From assembly GCA_017470115.1 (NCBI GenBank), contig JAFUEZ010000003.1, positions 173,064 to 237,063 on the forward strand: DNA of 64,000 nucleotides, written 5' to 3'. The notes below the pieces were generated by a model. The model ran no database searches, was not told where the DNA came from, and saw only the letters and a list, made by a program, of their open reading frames with translations. Shown one piece after another: positions 1 through 9,082 of this stretch. Each line of letters opens with the position of its first letter. The first letter of the stretch is position 1. Source of the DNA: Bacilli bacterium (lineage in GTDB: Bacteria; Bacillota_I; Bacilli_A; RFN20; CAG-826). A program made the translations under genes and the position numbers.

Positions 1-1
1 G

Positions 2-211
2 TTTAATAAACAACTCTTTAACATTTTAAACATCAACAAAAAAGATAGATTTACTTTATCTGAAATTTTGCAATGTAAAGTGTTTCTTGGTGATGCAGAT
101 GAGACAAATGAACAAATTGATTCTACACTCAAATTATTTAGGGAAAATGCAATTATTGAATACCTTGGTGGCGGTGAGTATAAAAAATCGTTTAAAATTA
201 TAAATGTTTAA
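2..211 (+). CDS. 3' end of a + strand gene truncated by the window start (no stop in this frame from nt 2 to TAA at 209-211); product unknown
   Basis: Open frame from position 2 (FNKQLFNILNINKK...GGGEYKKSFKIINV*) ends 15 nt before the RBS (GGAGGT) of the next gene, suggesting co-transcription with the PLD nuclease and DUF2075 genes. Confidence 0.3.
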   Translation, partial: FNKQLFNILNINKKDRFTLSEILQCKVFLGDADETNEQIDSTLKLFRENAIIEYLGGGEYKKSFKIINV

Positions 212-226
212 CACGGAGGTACTTAT

Positions 227-1057
227 ATGATTAGTATTGTTAAAACACCATCAAAAGATTCTTTTTTTAATTTAATAAAAGAAGCAAACAGAGAGATGTT
301 GTTTTGTGCTCCGTTTATTAAAAAGGAAATAGTGGATGAAATATTAAAAAACAGGAATCCGGGTGTTGTTTTTGAAGTTATTACGTCAGCAAATTTGGCT
401 AACTTTGTTAATGGATCTCTTGATGTCGAAGCAATAAAGACTCTACTTGAAGCGGGGATAAAAGTAATTAATTTTCAGAATCTTCATGCAAAAATTTATT
501 TGTTTGACAACAAAAAAGCTTTAGTAACCTCTGCAAACTTAACAAACAACGCTTTATACAACAACTACGAGTATGGTTTGCTTTTACATGAAGATGAAAA
601 AGAAACAGTTGATGCAATCTATTCAGATTTTATTATGATGATGGATAGCGAACTGTGCGGTTCATTTGATGAAAATTCCATAAAGGAAATCGAAAAATTC
701 GTTAAAAAATTTAACAATAATAAATTGACTCATATTGACAATGAAGGAGATAGTATTTTGCCAATAGATGAGTCCGACAAAATATCCAACAATTTAAAAG
801 GATGGAAAAAAGACGTGTTCAATTGTCTGCAACTTCTTGATAAACAAGATTTTACAATTTCAGATGTTTATTCGTTTGAAGATGTTTTACATGAAAAGCA
901 TTCAACAAACAATCGCGTAAAGCCTAAAATAAGACAGACGCTTCAATATTTAAGAGATTTAGGATTTGTAAAATTTGTAAAACCAGGTGTTTACAAAAAA
1001 TTATGGATAAATGCTTCTTTTTCAGAATTTTCCAAAAGAACAGAAGTTCAAGCATAA
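227..1057 (+). CDS. PLD-superfamily (single HKD motif) nuclease with extra C-terminal domain, NgoFVII/BfiI/Nuc-like
   Basis: Motif LHAKIYLFDNKKALVTSANLT fits HxK(x)4D(x)6(G/T)SxN of the phospholipase D/nuclease family; GGAGGT RBS 6 nt upstream of the ATG; 276 aa with a C-terminal basic domain that could bind DNA. Confidence 0.6.
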   Translation: MISIVKTPSKDSFFNLIKEANREMLFCAPFIKKEIVDEILKNRNPGVVFEVITSANLANFVNGSLDVEAIKTLLEAGIKVINFQNLHAKIYLFDNKKALVTSANLTNNALYNNYEYGLLLHEDEKETVDAIYSDFIMMMDSELCGSFDENSIKEIEKFVKKFNNNKLTHIDNEGDSILPIDESDKISNNLKGWKKDVFNCLQLLDKQDFTISDVYSFEDVLHEKHSTNNRVKPKIRQTLQYLRDLGFVKFVKPGVYKKLWINASFSEFSKRTEVQA

Positions 1058-1131
1058 ATCAAGCGGCCAATTTGGTCGCTTTTCTTTTTCTGATCTTTTC
1101 TTAATCATATTTAGCTGCTAAGCTATTTATA

Positions 1132-3096
1132 ATGGCAGCTTTAATCAAAGATTATTATAACGATTCGATTTCAAAATTCTTAAGCACATCTTCGGAAACA
1201 ATTTTTGGCGAACTCTTAGTAAAAGATTCTTTTGCTACTGAAGCTACGCAAAAAGATGCTTGGAAATGTGAAATAGAAATACTTAAAGAACAGCTTAAAG
1301 ATATATCTGATGGTTCTATTATTTTCGAATATACTATTCCAAGAATAGGAGACAGAATCGATGTAGCTTTGCTAATCAAAGGTGTTATCTTTGTTCTGGA
1401 ATTTAAAGTTCATAAGAAAACATATGAAATGGCAGACGAAGAGCAAGCAGAAGATTATGCCCTTGATTTGAAATATTTCCATGAGGCTAGTGAACATAGA
1501 TATATAGTTCCCGTTTTAGTAGCAACTGATGCGAAAACCGTTAATTTCAGTGGTGGAATAGCGGAAGATCGTGTTTTTGATTCGCTTCGTTATAATGCCG
1601 TTTCTATTGGAGCACTTATCAAACACGTTTTGTCAATTGTTAGTGATTCGGACATTAATAGAGATGCTTGGATAAAATCGCCATACAGACCAACACCAAC
1701 AATCATTGAAGCGGCTAAAGCTTTATATCAGCATCATGACGTTAAAGAGATTTCAAGAAGCGAAGCAGGTGCTGAGAATTTAGAGAAAACTAACGGCGCT
1801 ATTACATACGTAATTGATAAATGTAAGAGTGAGCACAAAAAAGCTATTTGTTTTATTACCGGTGTTCCTGGTGCAGGTAAAACTCTTGCTGGTTTAAATA
1901 TTGCAAACACAAGACATGATTTTGATAATGATGAACACGCTATCTTTCTTTCTGGTAACGGCCCATTAGTGGAAGTCCTCCAAGAAGCTCTCGCTAGAGA
2001 TGCAGTTGTTCATCAAGGTATCAAGAAGGGTATAGCTAAAGTCGGAACTAAATCATTTATTCAGATTGTTCACCATTTCAGAGACGAATCATTAGATCCA
2101 GACAATGTTCCACATGATAAGATAGCTATTTTTGATGAAGCTCAAAGAGCGTGGGACGAGTCTCAACTCTCTAACTTCATGCAAAGAAAGAAGAATCAAC
2201 CAGGTTATCACATGAGTGAACCTCATTCTTTAATTGAATATATGAACCGTCATAAAGACTGGGCAACGATTGTGTGCCTTGTCGGTGGTGGGCAAGAAAT
2301 CAATACTGGAGAAGGTGGATTAAAAGACTGGTTTGAAGCAATAAGAACCTATTTCCCTGATTGGGAAGTATATATATCTAATAAGATTACAGATTATGAA
2401 TATGTTCGTGATTCATCCATTGATGAGCTTTTAGGTGGACACCCATATAACGTTATCCCTGAGCTTCATTTGAGTGTCAACATGCGTTCCTTTAGAAGTG
2501 AAAAATTATCTGACTTTGTAAAAGCAATTATCGATAATAGGCCTGAAGATGCAAAAAGAATCTATTTAGAAATAAAAGATAAATATCCTGTTGCGATCAC
2601 CAGAGATCTCAATGTTGCTAAGAATTGGGTTAGGACAAAGTCTAGAGGCACAGAAAGATATGGTTTAATGGCATCATCAGCCGCCGAAAGACTAAGAGCC
2701 AAAGGAATATGGGCTTCTAACGAAATTAAGCCAACCAAATGGTTTTTAGATGGCAAAGATGAAGTTGATTCGTCATATCAATTAGAAGTGACTGCTACAG
2801 AGTTTGCAGTACAGGGACTAGAAATTGATTATGGCATTGTCGCTTGGGATGGAGATTTTAGACATAATGGCAACGAATTTGAATATAAACGTTTCACCAG
2901 AAACATGTGGTGCAATGTTAATTCGGACATTAGAAAGCAATACTTAAAGAATGCATACCGTGTATTGCTAACAAGATCTAGACAAGGGTTTGTTATATTT
3001 GTTCCTGAAGGAAGCGATATAGATCCATCAACAAGTCCTAAGATTTATGACAAGACTTTTGAATATTTAAAGAGTATTGGACTAGAAGTTATATAA
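1132..3096 (+). CDS. DUF2075-type protein: N-terminal PD-(D/E)xK nuclease-like domain fused to a P-loop SF1-like helicase/ATPase
   Basis: GDRIDVALLIKGVIFVLEFK (D...ExK nuclease signature), Walker A GVPGAGKT, Walker B/DEAQ box IAIFDEAQRAW; 654 aa, the typical DUF2075 architecture. Confidence 0.6.
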   Translation: MAALIKDYYNDSISKFLSTSSETIFGELLVKDSFATEATQKDAWKCEIEILKEQLKDISDGSIIFEYTIPRIGDRIDVALLIKGVIFVLEFKVHKKTYEMADEEQAEDYALDLKYFHEASEHRYIVPVLVATDAKTVNFSGGIAEDRVFDSLRYNAVSIGALIKHVLSIVSDSDINRDAWIKSPYRPTPTIIEAAKALYQHHDVKEISRSEAGAENLEKTNGAITYVIDKCKSEHKKAICFITGVPGAGKTLAGLNIANTRHDFDNDEHAIFLSGNGPLVEVLQEALARDAVVHQGIKKGIAKVGTKSFIQIVHHFRDESLDPDNVPHDKIAIFDEAQRAWDESQLSNFMQRKKNQPGYHMSEPHSLIEYMNRHKDWATIVCLVGGGQEINTGEGGLKDWFEAIRTYFPDWEVYISNKITDYEYVRDSSIDELLGGHPYNVIPELHLSVNMRSFRSEKLSDFVKAIIDNRPEDAKRIYLEIKDKYPVAITRDLNVAKNWVRTKSRGTERYGLMASSAAERLRAKGIWASNEIKPTKWFLDGKDEVDSSYQLEVTATEFAVQGLEIDYGIVAWDGDFRHNGNEFEYKRFTRNMWCNVNSDIRKQYLKNAYRVLLTRSRQGFVIFVPEGSDIDPSTSPKIYDKTFEYLKSIGLEVI

Positions 3097-3184
3097 AACA
3101 TAGTTAAGCAACTCAAAAACACAGTTTAGTAATATACTAAAAAGGCCTATATACAAAGTATATAGGTATTTTCAAACCCCGTAT

Positions 3185-3376
3185 CAGGGAATACATTTTC
3201 AATTGTTTTTTTCTTTTTATAAGGAAGAAGTAGTAAAAATCTTAATAGATAAGATAATCCAATTGATAAAATTAGCATTCCTAGTAGCATCAATATGACA
3301 TTAAAAACGCCATATGTTTTATAGTCAAAAATTGGATATGGGAAGCGGATATATCCTGATTCTTGAAATGGTGCAC
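3185..3376. repeat. Copy 1 of the ~190-bp R1 repeat, a duplicated 3' end (last ~62 codons plus stop and ~12 nt downstream) of the membrane-protein gene at 24323..25009
   Basis: High identity to 24311..24508 (cagggaatacatttt...ttctttttataaggaagaagtagtaaaaatcttaatag...aaatggtgca); further copies at 7034..7226 and 22230..22402. Confidence 0.85.
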
Positions 3377-3599
3377 GAGGCCTTGAATACTACATTGGGA
3401 TTGTCGCGTTTTTGATAGTCGGTAATACTATATATAGTATTAATCAAACAAACACATTCCCTGATACGTTACATTGCGAGATTGTCGTTCGCTTAATTCT
3501 TCGAAATAGCGGTCTAAACTGAAATAATTTTAAAAAAAATCAAAAAAATGCAGATAAACCTGTCATTTCGTGGTATATTAGTGTTGTGAGGTGATTTAC

Positions 3600-4868
3600 A
3601 TGCGTAAAAAATTATATCCAAGAGAATTGTATCTAAAGAAAATCAGACCTTTTTATCATGAAAACGATTTAATCAAAGTTATTACCGGTGTTAGAAGATG
3701 TGGAAAATCATCTCTGATGCAGTTAATCGCGAAAGAGTTAATCAAAAGCGGCGTAGATGAGAACAACATTGTTTATTTGAATCTTGATAAAAGGCCGTAT
3801 AGAAGAGTTAAAAAAGCTGACCAACTTGAAGATATTCTTGCAAGCAAACTTGATCCCATTAAAGGAGATAAATACCTATTCATTGACGAAATACAAAATG
3901 TAAAAGATTTCGAAGAAGTGATTAATGCTTTTAGAGAAGATGATAATTGTTCCATTTTTATAACTGGAAGCAATGCTTATTTGTTATCTGGAGAATTAGC
4001 CACAAAATTAACTGGTCGATATTTAGAATTCAATGTTGGCACATTATCTTTTTTTGAATATATTGAAATGAAGAAATTCTTCAAAAAGCCAATCGATAAT
4101 GACTTAGAAATCGAACTTAACAACTATATATTAGAAGGCGGTTTTCCACTTGCGGTAAAATACGACACCATTCTTGACAAGCGCAATTACGTAAAAAGCA
4201 TTATTGATGAAATATATAAGAAGGACGTTAAAAAGAATAAAAAGATTAAAAACAGACACTTATTCAACCAAATTCAAACATATATCATTAACAACTTTGG
4301 TGCCACAACTTCAGTTATTTCACTTTGCGATTATTTAGAACAGGTCAATGGGAAAAGACCAAGCAATAACACTGTCTATTCATATTTAAAGATACTTGAA
4401 GATGTAAAAATTATATCTTGCTGTCATCGTTTTGACATGAAGAGCAAAACATCGCTTAACGGAGAAGAAAAATATTATCTTTCAGATTTAAGCTTCTATT
4501 TTGTAGATCAAACTGATAATAGAATCAACTACGGTCCAGTTCTTGAAAACATCGTTTATAACTATTTACTTTCTAACGATTATTCTTCTTCTATCGGGAG
4601 AATCGGAAAATTAGAAGTTGATTTTATTGCTAGAGATGAAACCACTCTTGATTATGCGTACATTCAAGTCGCAATGCGTATCTTTAATGATATATATGAT
4701 GAGAATGGAAAATTAATCACTGAAGAAAGAGAATACGCACCGTTAGAAAGAATTACCGACGGGTATCCGAGATATTTATTAACGCTCGACAAACTTTTAC
4801 AAAAGAGAAGTGGTGTCAAGCACGTGAACCTTATTAACTTCATGCTCAAAAACGAAAAATTTATATAG
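3600..4868 (+). CDS. AAA+ ATPase of the COG1373 family (AAA_14 + DUF4143 domains)
   Basis: N-terminal P-loop ITGVRRCGKSSLMQ, Walker B LFIDEIQNV, length ~420 aa; true ATG at 3600 after RBS GTGAGGTGA (the track ORF starts at a GTG at 3591). Confidence 0.75.
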   Translation: MRKKLYPRELYLKKIRPFYHENDLIKVITGVRRCGKSSLMQLIAKELIKSGVDENNIVYLNLDKRPYRRVKKADQLEDILASKLDPIKGDKYLFIDEIQNVKDFEEVINAFREDDNCSIFITGSNAYLLSGELATKLTGRYLEFNVGTLSFFEYIEMKKFFKKPIDNDLEIELNNYILEGGFPLAVKYDTILDKRNYVKSIIDEIYKKDVKKNKKIKNRHLFNQIQTYIINNFGATTSVISLCDYLEQVNGKRPSNNTVYSYLKILEDVKIISCCHRFDMKSKTSLNGEEKYYLSDLSFYFVDQTDNRINYGPVLENIVYNYLLSNDYSSSIGRIGKLEVDFIARDETTLDYAYIQVAMRIFNDIYDENGKLITEEREYAPLERITDGYPRYLLTLDKLLQKRSGVKHVNLINFMLKNEKFI

Positions 4869-4967
4869 AGATATGTTATTTTGCGAGTCTCCATATACAA
4901 AAGACATGTTATTTAAGTAGGCTCAACACTCCGCAAAGATGTATTCAATTTGTGTTTCATCCTACTC

Positions 4968-5063
4968 TATATAAGAGAATATGTTAGAAGTTTATTACTT
5001 AGCAATAAGTTTTCGGAATCATTATTAAATTTAAATGAAAAATAGTGAAAAAATAGTGAAATA
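4968..5063. repeat. R2 repeat copy 1 (~95 bp) immediately downstream of ATPase gene 1
   Basis: atataagagaatatgttagaagtttattacttagcaataagttttcggaatcattattaaatttaaatgaaaaatagtgaaaaaatagtgaaat recurs at 6833..6927 downstream of the second ATPase gene. Confidence 0.8.
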
Positions 5064-5201
5064 AGAATACATCGATATATTTTTAGTGTAAAAATGGCTC
5101 AAATTTTCCATAGGGTTGAAATTGACACATATCTTTTTTTTGATACCATTGTCGCTGGAAACATATGTTTATAACCTTTGTAGGCGAGAATATAACAAAA
5201 A

Positions 5202-5285
5202 TTGGTGCAAAACCATTAAAAAGTCACTCGGAATTTGGTGCAAAACTATTAAAAAGTCACTCGGAATTTGGTGCAAATTGTATTT
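5202..5285. repeat. Tandem direct repeat of a 30-bp unit (2 full copies + 1 partial) ~50 bp upstream of ATPase gene 2
   Basis: ttggtgcaaaaccattaaaaagtcactcggaa / tttggtgcaaaactattaaaaagtcactcggaa / tttggtgcaaattg read directly from the sequence; the track ORFs 5116..5301 and the 5' extension of 5165..6685 are translations of this repeat. Confidence 0.8.
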
Positions 5286-5332
5286 ACTGCTCTTCATTTA
5301 AGTATTATACTATTTTCGAGGAGACTGCATTT

Positions 5333-6685
5333 ATGGATACAATATATTTTAGAAGAAAAATAGATAAAAGATTATCAGAATGGTTTGAAAGCAAGGACCA
5401 TTCACCAGCATTAGTTTATGGAATAAGGCAATGTGGGAAGAGCAAAAGCATAGAACAATTTGCAAAATCTCATTTTAAAAATGTAAATTCTATAGATTTT
5501 TGGAAGACACCAAACGCCAAGATAGCATTTGAAGAATCTCTTGAAGTAGACGCAATAACAAAATCTTTAACTGGTTTATTTCCTTCTTTTAAATTCGTGC
5601 CTCACGAAACAGTTTTGATATTAGATGAAATTCAAGATTGTCCTAAAGCAAGGCTGGCGTTAAAAAGTTTTAAAAAAGATGGAAGGTATGAAATTATCGC
5701 TAGTGGATCATATATTGGATTAAATATTGACAGCAGCAGTGTTCCAAAACCAAATGGCTCTGAAGATTTTCTTGAAATGAAAACAATGGATTTTGAAGAA
5801 TTTTTATGGGCGATGGGATATGACGATGCTTTTATAAATGATTTATTAAAACACTTTAAAAACAAAACAGAAGTTCCTAAGGCTATTCATCTAAAAATGA
5901 AACAGCTATTCAATGAATATGTTTGTGTTGGAGGATATCCAGAGGCACTAATGAAGTTCATTAATTCAAATAGTTACTCTGAAGCATTTAAAAAAGTAAA
6001 GAGTCTTATTATTGACATAAAAGGTGACCCCGCAAAAAGGAAAAACGAAAAGGAAGAATTTGAATATACTGCAACAGAGATTGCCAGAATTCAAAAGGCG
6101 TTTGATTTAATAGCGGCGTTTGTTGTTAAAGATAACCAAAGATTTATCACTTCTAAAATAAGTGGCAACAGTTATCAGAGAAGCGATGCGGTTAATTATT
6201 TATTAAATTCTTCTGTTGCATATAAAGCGTTTAATGTGGAAGTTCCGTCATTACCTTTGGCGGTTAGAAAAATTGATGCTGAATTTAAATTATTTTACGC
6301 CGATATAGGAATAATGATAAATGAACTTGGTTTTGATGTTATTAAAGGGATTTTACAAAACGGATTAAGTCTAGGGATGAACAAAGGATACTTATATGAA
6401 GCTGTTGTTGCAGATTCGCTTTACAAAGCTAATGTTCCTCTATTCTATTTTGGAAAAGAAAGTGGCCTTGAGGTTGATTTAGTTATTTCTTATAACGGAG
6501 ATGCGACATTAATAGAAGCAAAATCAACAACAGGTAATACTAAATCAAGCAAACAAATAATGAAAAACCCAGATCATTATGGAAAAACTAAATTAATAAA
6601 AATCGGTGATTACAACATTTCAGAAACTGGAGATATAACAACAATTCCACATTACTTAACATTTGTATTAGGAAAAGAATTATAG
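5333..6685 (+). CDS. Second COG1373-family AAA+ ATPase (AAA_14 + DUF4143), a divergent paralog of 3600..4868
   Basis: P-loop VYGIRQCGKSKSIEQF, Walker B LILDEIQDCP; start moved to the ATG at 5333 (MDTIYFRRK...) because the 5' part of the track ORF is the translated tandem repeat. Confidence 0.7.
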   Translation: MDTIYFRRKIDKRLSEWFESKDHSPALVYGIRQCGKSKSIEQFAKSHFKNVNSIDFWKTPNAKIAFEESLEVDAITKSLTGLFPSFKFVPHETVLILDEIQDCPKARLALKSFKKDGRYEIIASGSYIGLNIDSSSVPKPNGSEDFLEMKTMDFEEFLWAMGYDDAFINDLLKHFKNKTEVPKAIHLKMKQLFNEYVCVGGYPEALMKFINSNSYSEAFKKVKSLIIDIKGDPAKRKNEKEEFEYTATEIARIQKAFDLIAAFVVKDNQRFITSKISGNSYQRSDAVNYLLNSSVAYKAFNVEVPSLPLAVRKIDAEFKLFYADIGIMINELGFDVIKGILQNGLSLGMNKGYLYEAVVADSLYKANVPLFYFGKESGLEVDLVISYNGDATLIEAKSTTGNTKSSKQIMKNPDHYGKTKLIKIGDYNISETGDITTIPHYLTFVLGKEL

Positions 6686-6727
6686 TGTTGTCACTGGCGA
6701 ATTGCTAAACCATACTAGTTAGTTTTT

Positions 6728-6830
6728 GTATAACTAAAAAGATAAGCAATAATTTGTGACAATCCTTAAAAGGTAAGCAATTTGGCAGTTACAACCATCT
6801 AAAAGGTAATCGATAAACTTGCACACAGCA
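6728..6830. repeat. Three imperfect ~33-bp direct repeats between ATPase gene 2 and R2 copy 2
   Basis: ctaaaaagataagcaataatttgtgacaatcc / ttaaaaggtaagcaatttggcagttacaacc / ctaaaaggtaatcgataaacttgcacac. Confidence 0.5.
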
Positions 6831-6832
6831 CC

Positions 6833-6927
6833 ATATATTAGAGAATATGTTAGAAGTTTATTACTTAGCAATAAGTTTTCGAAATCATTATTAAATTTAA
6901 ATGAAAAATAGCGAAAAAATAGTGAAA
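6833..6927. repeat. R2 repeat copy 2
   Basis: Near-identical to 4968..5063. Confidence 0.8.
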
Positions 6928-7033
6928 TTATAATGAAAACATAACTATGATTTAAAAATGTCCAAAACATTGTTTAGTAGCCTATAATTTGGCTTTGTTT
7001 TCACAATTATGGACAACATTTTTCACTTTGTAT

Positions 7034-7226
7034 TAGGGAATACATTTTTATTTTTCTTTATTCTTTTTATAAGGAAGAAGTAGTAAAAATCTTAATAGAT
7101 AAGATAATCCAATTGATAAAATTAGCATTGCTAGTAGCATCAATATGACATTAAATACGCCATATGTTTTATAGTCAAAAATTGGATAAAGGAAGCGAAT
7201 ATATCCTGATTCTTGAAATGGTGCAA
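7034..7226. repeat. R1 repeat copy 2 (3'-end fragment of gene 24323..25009)
   Basis: tagggaatacattttt...ttctttttataaggaagaagtagtaaaaatcttaatagataagataatcc...ctgattcttgaaatggtgcaac. Confidence 0.85.
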
Positions 7227-7414
7227 CCCGTGCCGTATAGTCTTATTGTTTTTAGCCGGTTTTAACCAATTTCCTAATAGATTTATCTATTAGAAGAAAA
7301 CCATTAAACAGCACAAATGAACAAAAAAGTGCCGTTTTTATGTTAAAATGGTAAAATTATAAAAAAAGTACCAAAGTATTGCAAAAATGTAATATTATGG
7401 TTATATTATTATAT

Positions 7415-8149
7415 ATGAAACAGTTACCTAAGCTATTTTCTTTTAATGAATTAAAAGATACCTACAAGACGGCGTCTGATTTTTCTGTGTTTGTTTATCG
7501 TGCAATAAAAAGAGGAGATATAAAGAAAGTTAAAAGAGGCCTATATGCATTAGTTAATCCGTCGACTGGAATGATCTTTGTTACTAAATTCCAAATAGCC
7601 AGTCATTTATTTGATGATGCTTATTTCTCTTATCATGACGCTCTTGAATATTACGGCTTAGCAAATCAGTCATTCGTTTCTATATTTACTTATTTAACTA
7701 AGTCACATGCTCGTGATTTAGAATTCGAAGATGTTACATATAAAGCTAAGAAATCCAATAGCGATTTATTCATACGCGATAGAATGAAAGAAGAAGGGAT
7801 ACGTGTAGTATCTTTAGAGCGTGCTATCATAGATTCAATAGACTGTTTATCTTTGGCGGGCGGCTTAGAAGAAGTGGAATACGCTCTTGATTACTGCCCT
7901 AAACTAAACCTTAAAGATGTACAGTTACTCCTAAAAGCCTATGATAAGAACCTTTTATACCAGAAGGTTGGCTATTTATTCGAGAAACACTTTGGTAATG
8001 ACATACCTGAAGAATTTTATAAAGTGTGTTTAAAACATTCAGGAAATACAGTGATGTATCTAGAATGCAATCCTGGTGAAGGTAAATTAAACGCTAAATG
8101 GAAACTAATGATAAAAGAGGAAGGATACCTACCTAATGAACTATTCTGA
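7415..8149 (+). CDS. AbiEi/AbiGi-like protein (putative antitoxin/transcriptional regulator partner of the AbiEii nucleotidyltransferase)
   Basis: Paralog of 22589..23323 (shared KRG.YALVNPSTG.IF.TKFQIASHLFDDAYFSYH, SLERAI.DSID); lies directly upstream of and overlaps an AbiEii-type nucleotidyltransferase gene; start set at the ATG at 7415 by alignment with the paralog (track ORF starts at TTG 7379). Confidence 0.5.
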   Translation: MKQLPKLFSFNELKDTYKTASDFSVFVYRAIKRGDIKKVKRGLYALVNPSTGMIFVTKFQIASHLFDDAYFSYHDALEYYGLANQSFVSIFTYLTKSHARDLEFEDVTYKAKKSNSDLFIRDRMKEEGIRVVSLERAIIDSIDCLSLAGGLEEVEYALDYCPKLNLKDVQLLLKAYDKNLLYQKVGYLFEKHFGNDIPEEFYKVCLKHSGNTVMYLECNPGEGKLNAKWKLMIKEEGYLPNELF

Positions 8150-9078
8150 AGACTACATTTCTAATTTTGGAAAACAAACTGGATTTATCAATGCTAATAT
8201 TGAAAAAGTTATTAGGCTTTTAGATATCCTTGCTTTTATCGATTCTAATTTAGATCCATATCATGAAAAGCTTGTCTTAAAGGGCGGCACTGCGATTAAT
8301 TTAATAATTACAAACCTCGCTCGTTTAAGCGTTGATATCGATTTAGATTATATCGGTAGCCTTGATAAAGAGAAGATGAGCGTTGATAGAGACGCTATTA
8401 TGTCAGCTCTAGATAACTTTATGTTAAAAGAGGGTTACGCCGTCTCACTAGAAAAATCTAGAAGTAGTGTTATCTTAGCAAGCAGAAATTATTCTTATAC
8501 AAACGATTTTGGCAATAGAGATAACATCAAGGTTGAAATTAATTTTATTGATAGAATTCATGTTTGCCCAAGCACCAAAAAGAAAGTTAAGTATTTCGAG
8601 AAAGAACTAATGGTGCATACTCCTTTTAGAAGCTGAGCTTTTTGGAATGAAAATTGCCGCTCTTATTGATAGACATAAACCAAGAGATTTGTTTGATATT
8701 TATAAACTAAAAGGATACATGCCTTATCTAGATAAGGATAGAGTTAGAAAACTTGCGGTATTCTATTTATCATTAGATGGCATTTTTGAGCTCAACGAAG
8801 CTAATTTTGATAATGTTAATAAAATTACACAAGACTCAATAAAAAAAGAATTACGGCCGGTCCTTGCTAAAGGAAACATGTTTGATTTAAATATCGCAAA
8901 AGAAGAAGTCATTAAATTCTTGAAGGATTTGCTCGTACTCACAGATAACGAAAAGAAATATCTAATAGAATTCTCAAATGGAAACTTTGACCCATATCTT
9001 TTATTTGAACCAAATGACGCAGAAAGTGCCACTAAACATCCAATGGCTAAGTGGAGAGCGGCTAATTTAAAGAGGTAG
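8136..9078 (+). pseudogene. AbiEii/AbiGii-family nucleotidyltransferase (DUF1814-like) disrupted by a frameshift near 8620-8640 (track ORFs 8136..8636 and 8647..9078)
   Basis: N-terminal NTase motifs LKGGTAINL and RLSVDIDLDY; colinear with the intact paralog 23310..24248, but the frame changes at ...MVHTPF|RS* and the +1 frame continues LLEAELFGMKIAALIDRHKPRDLF. Confidence 0.7.
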
Positions 9079-9082
9079 CCAC

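Noticed and set aside
1155-2756. Minus-strand ORFs 1155..1379 and 2562..2756 inside the DUF2075 gene
   Set aside because: Antisense to a strongly supported CDS. No RBS and no homology signal.
5116-5301. 61-aa ORF and the 5' extension of ORF 5165..6685 (…KSHSEFGAKLLKSHSEFGA…)
   Set aside because: Both are translations of the 30-bp tandem repeat in two different frames. The ATPase homology begins at the ATG at 5333, so these were treated as repeat artefacts.
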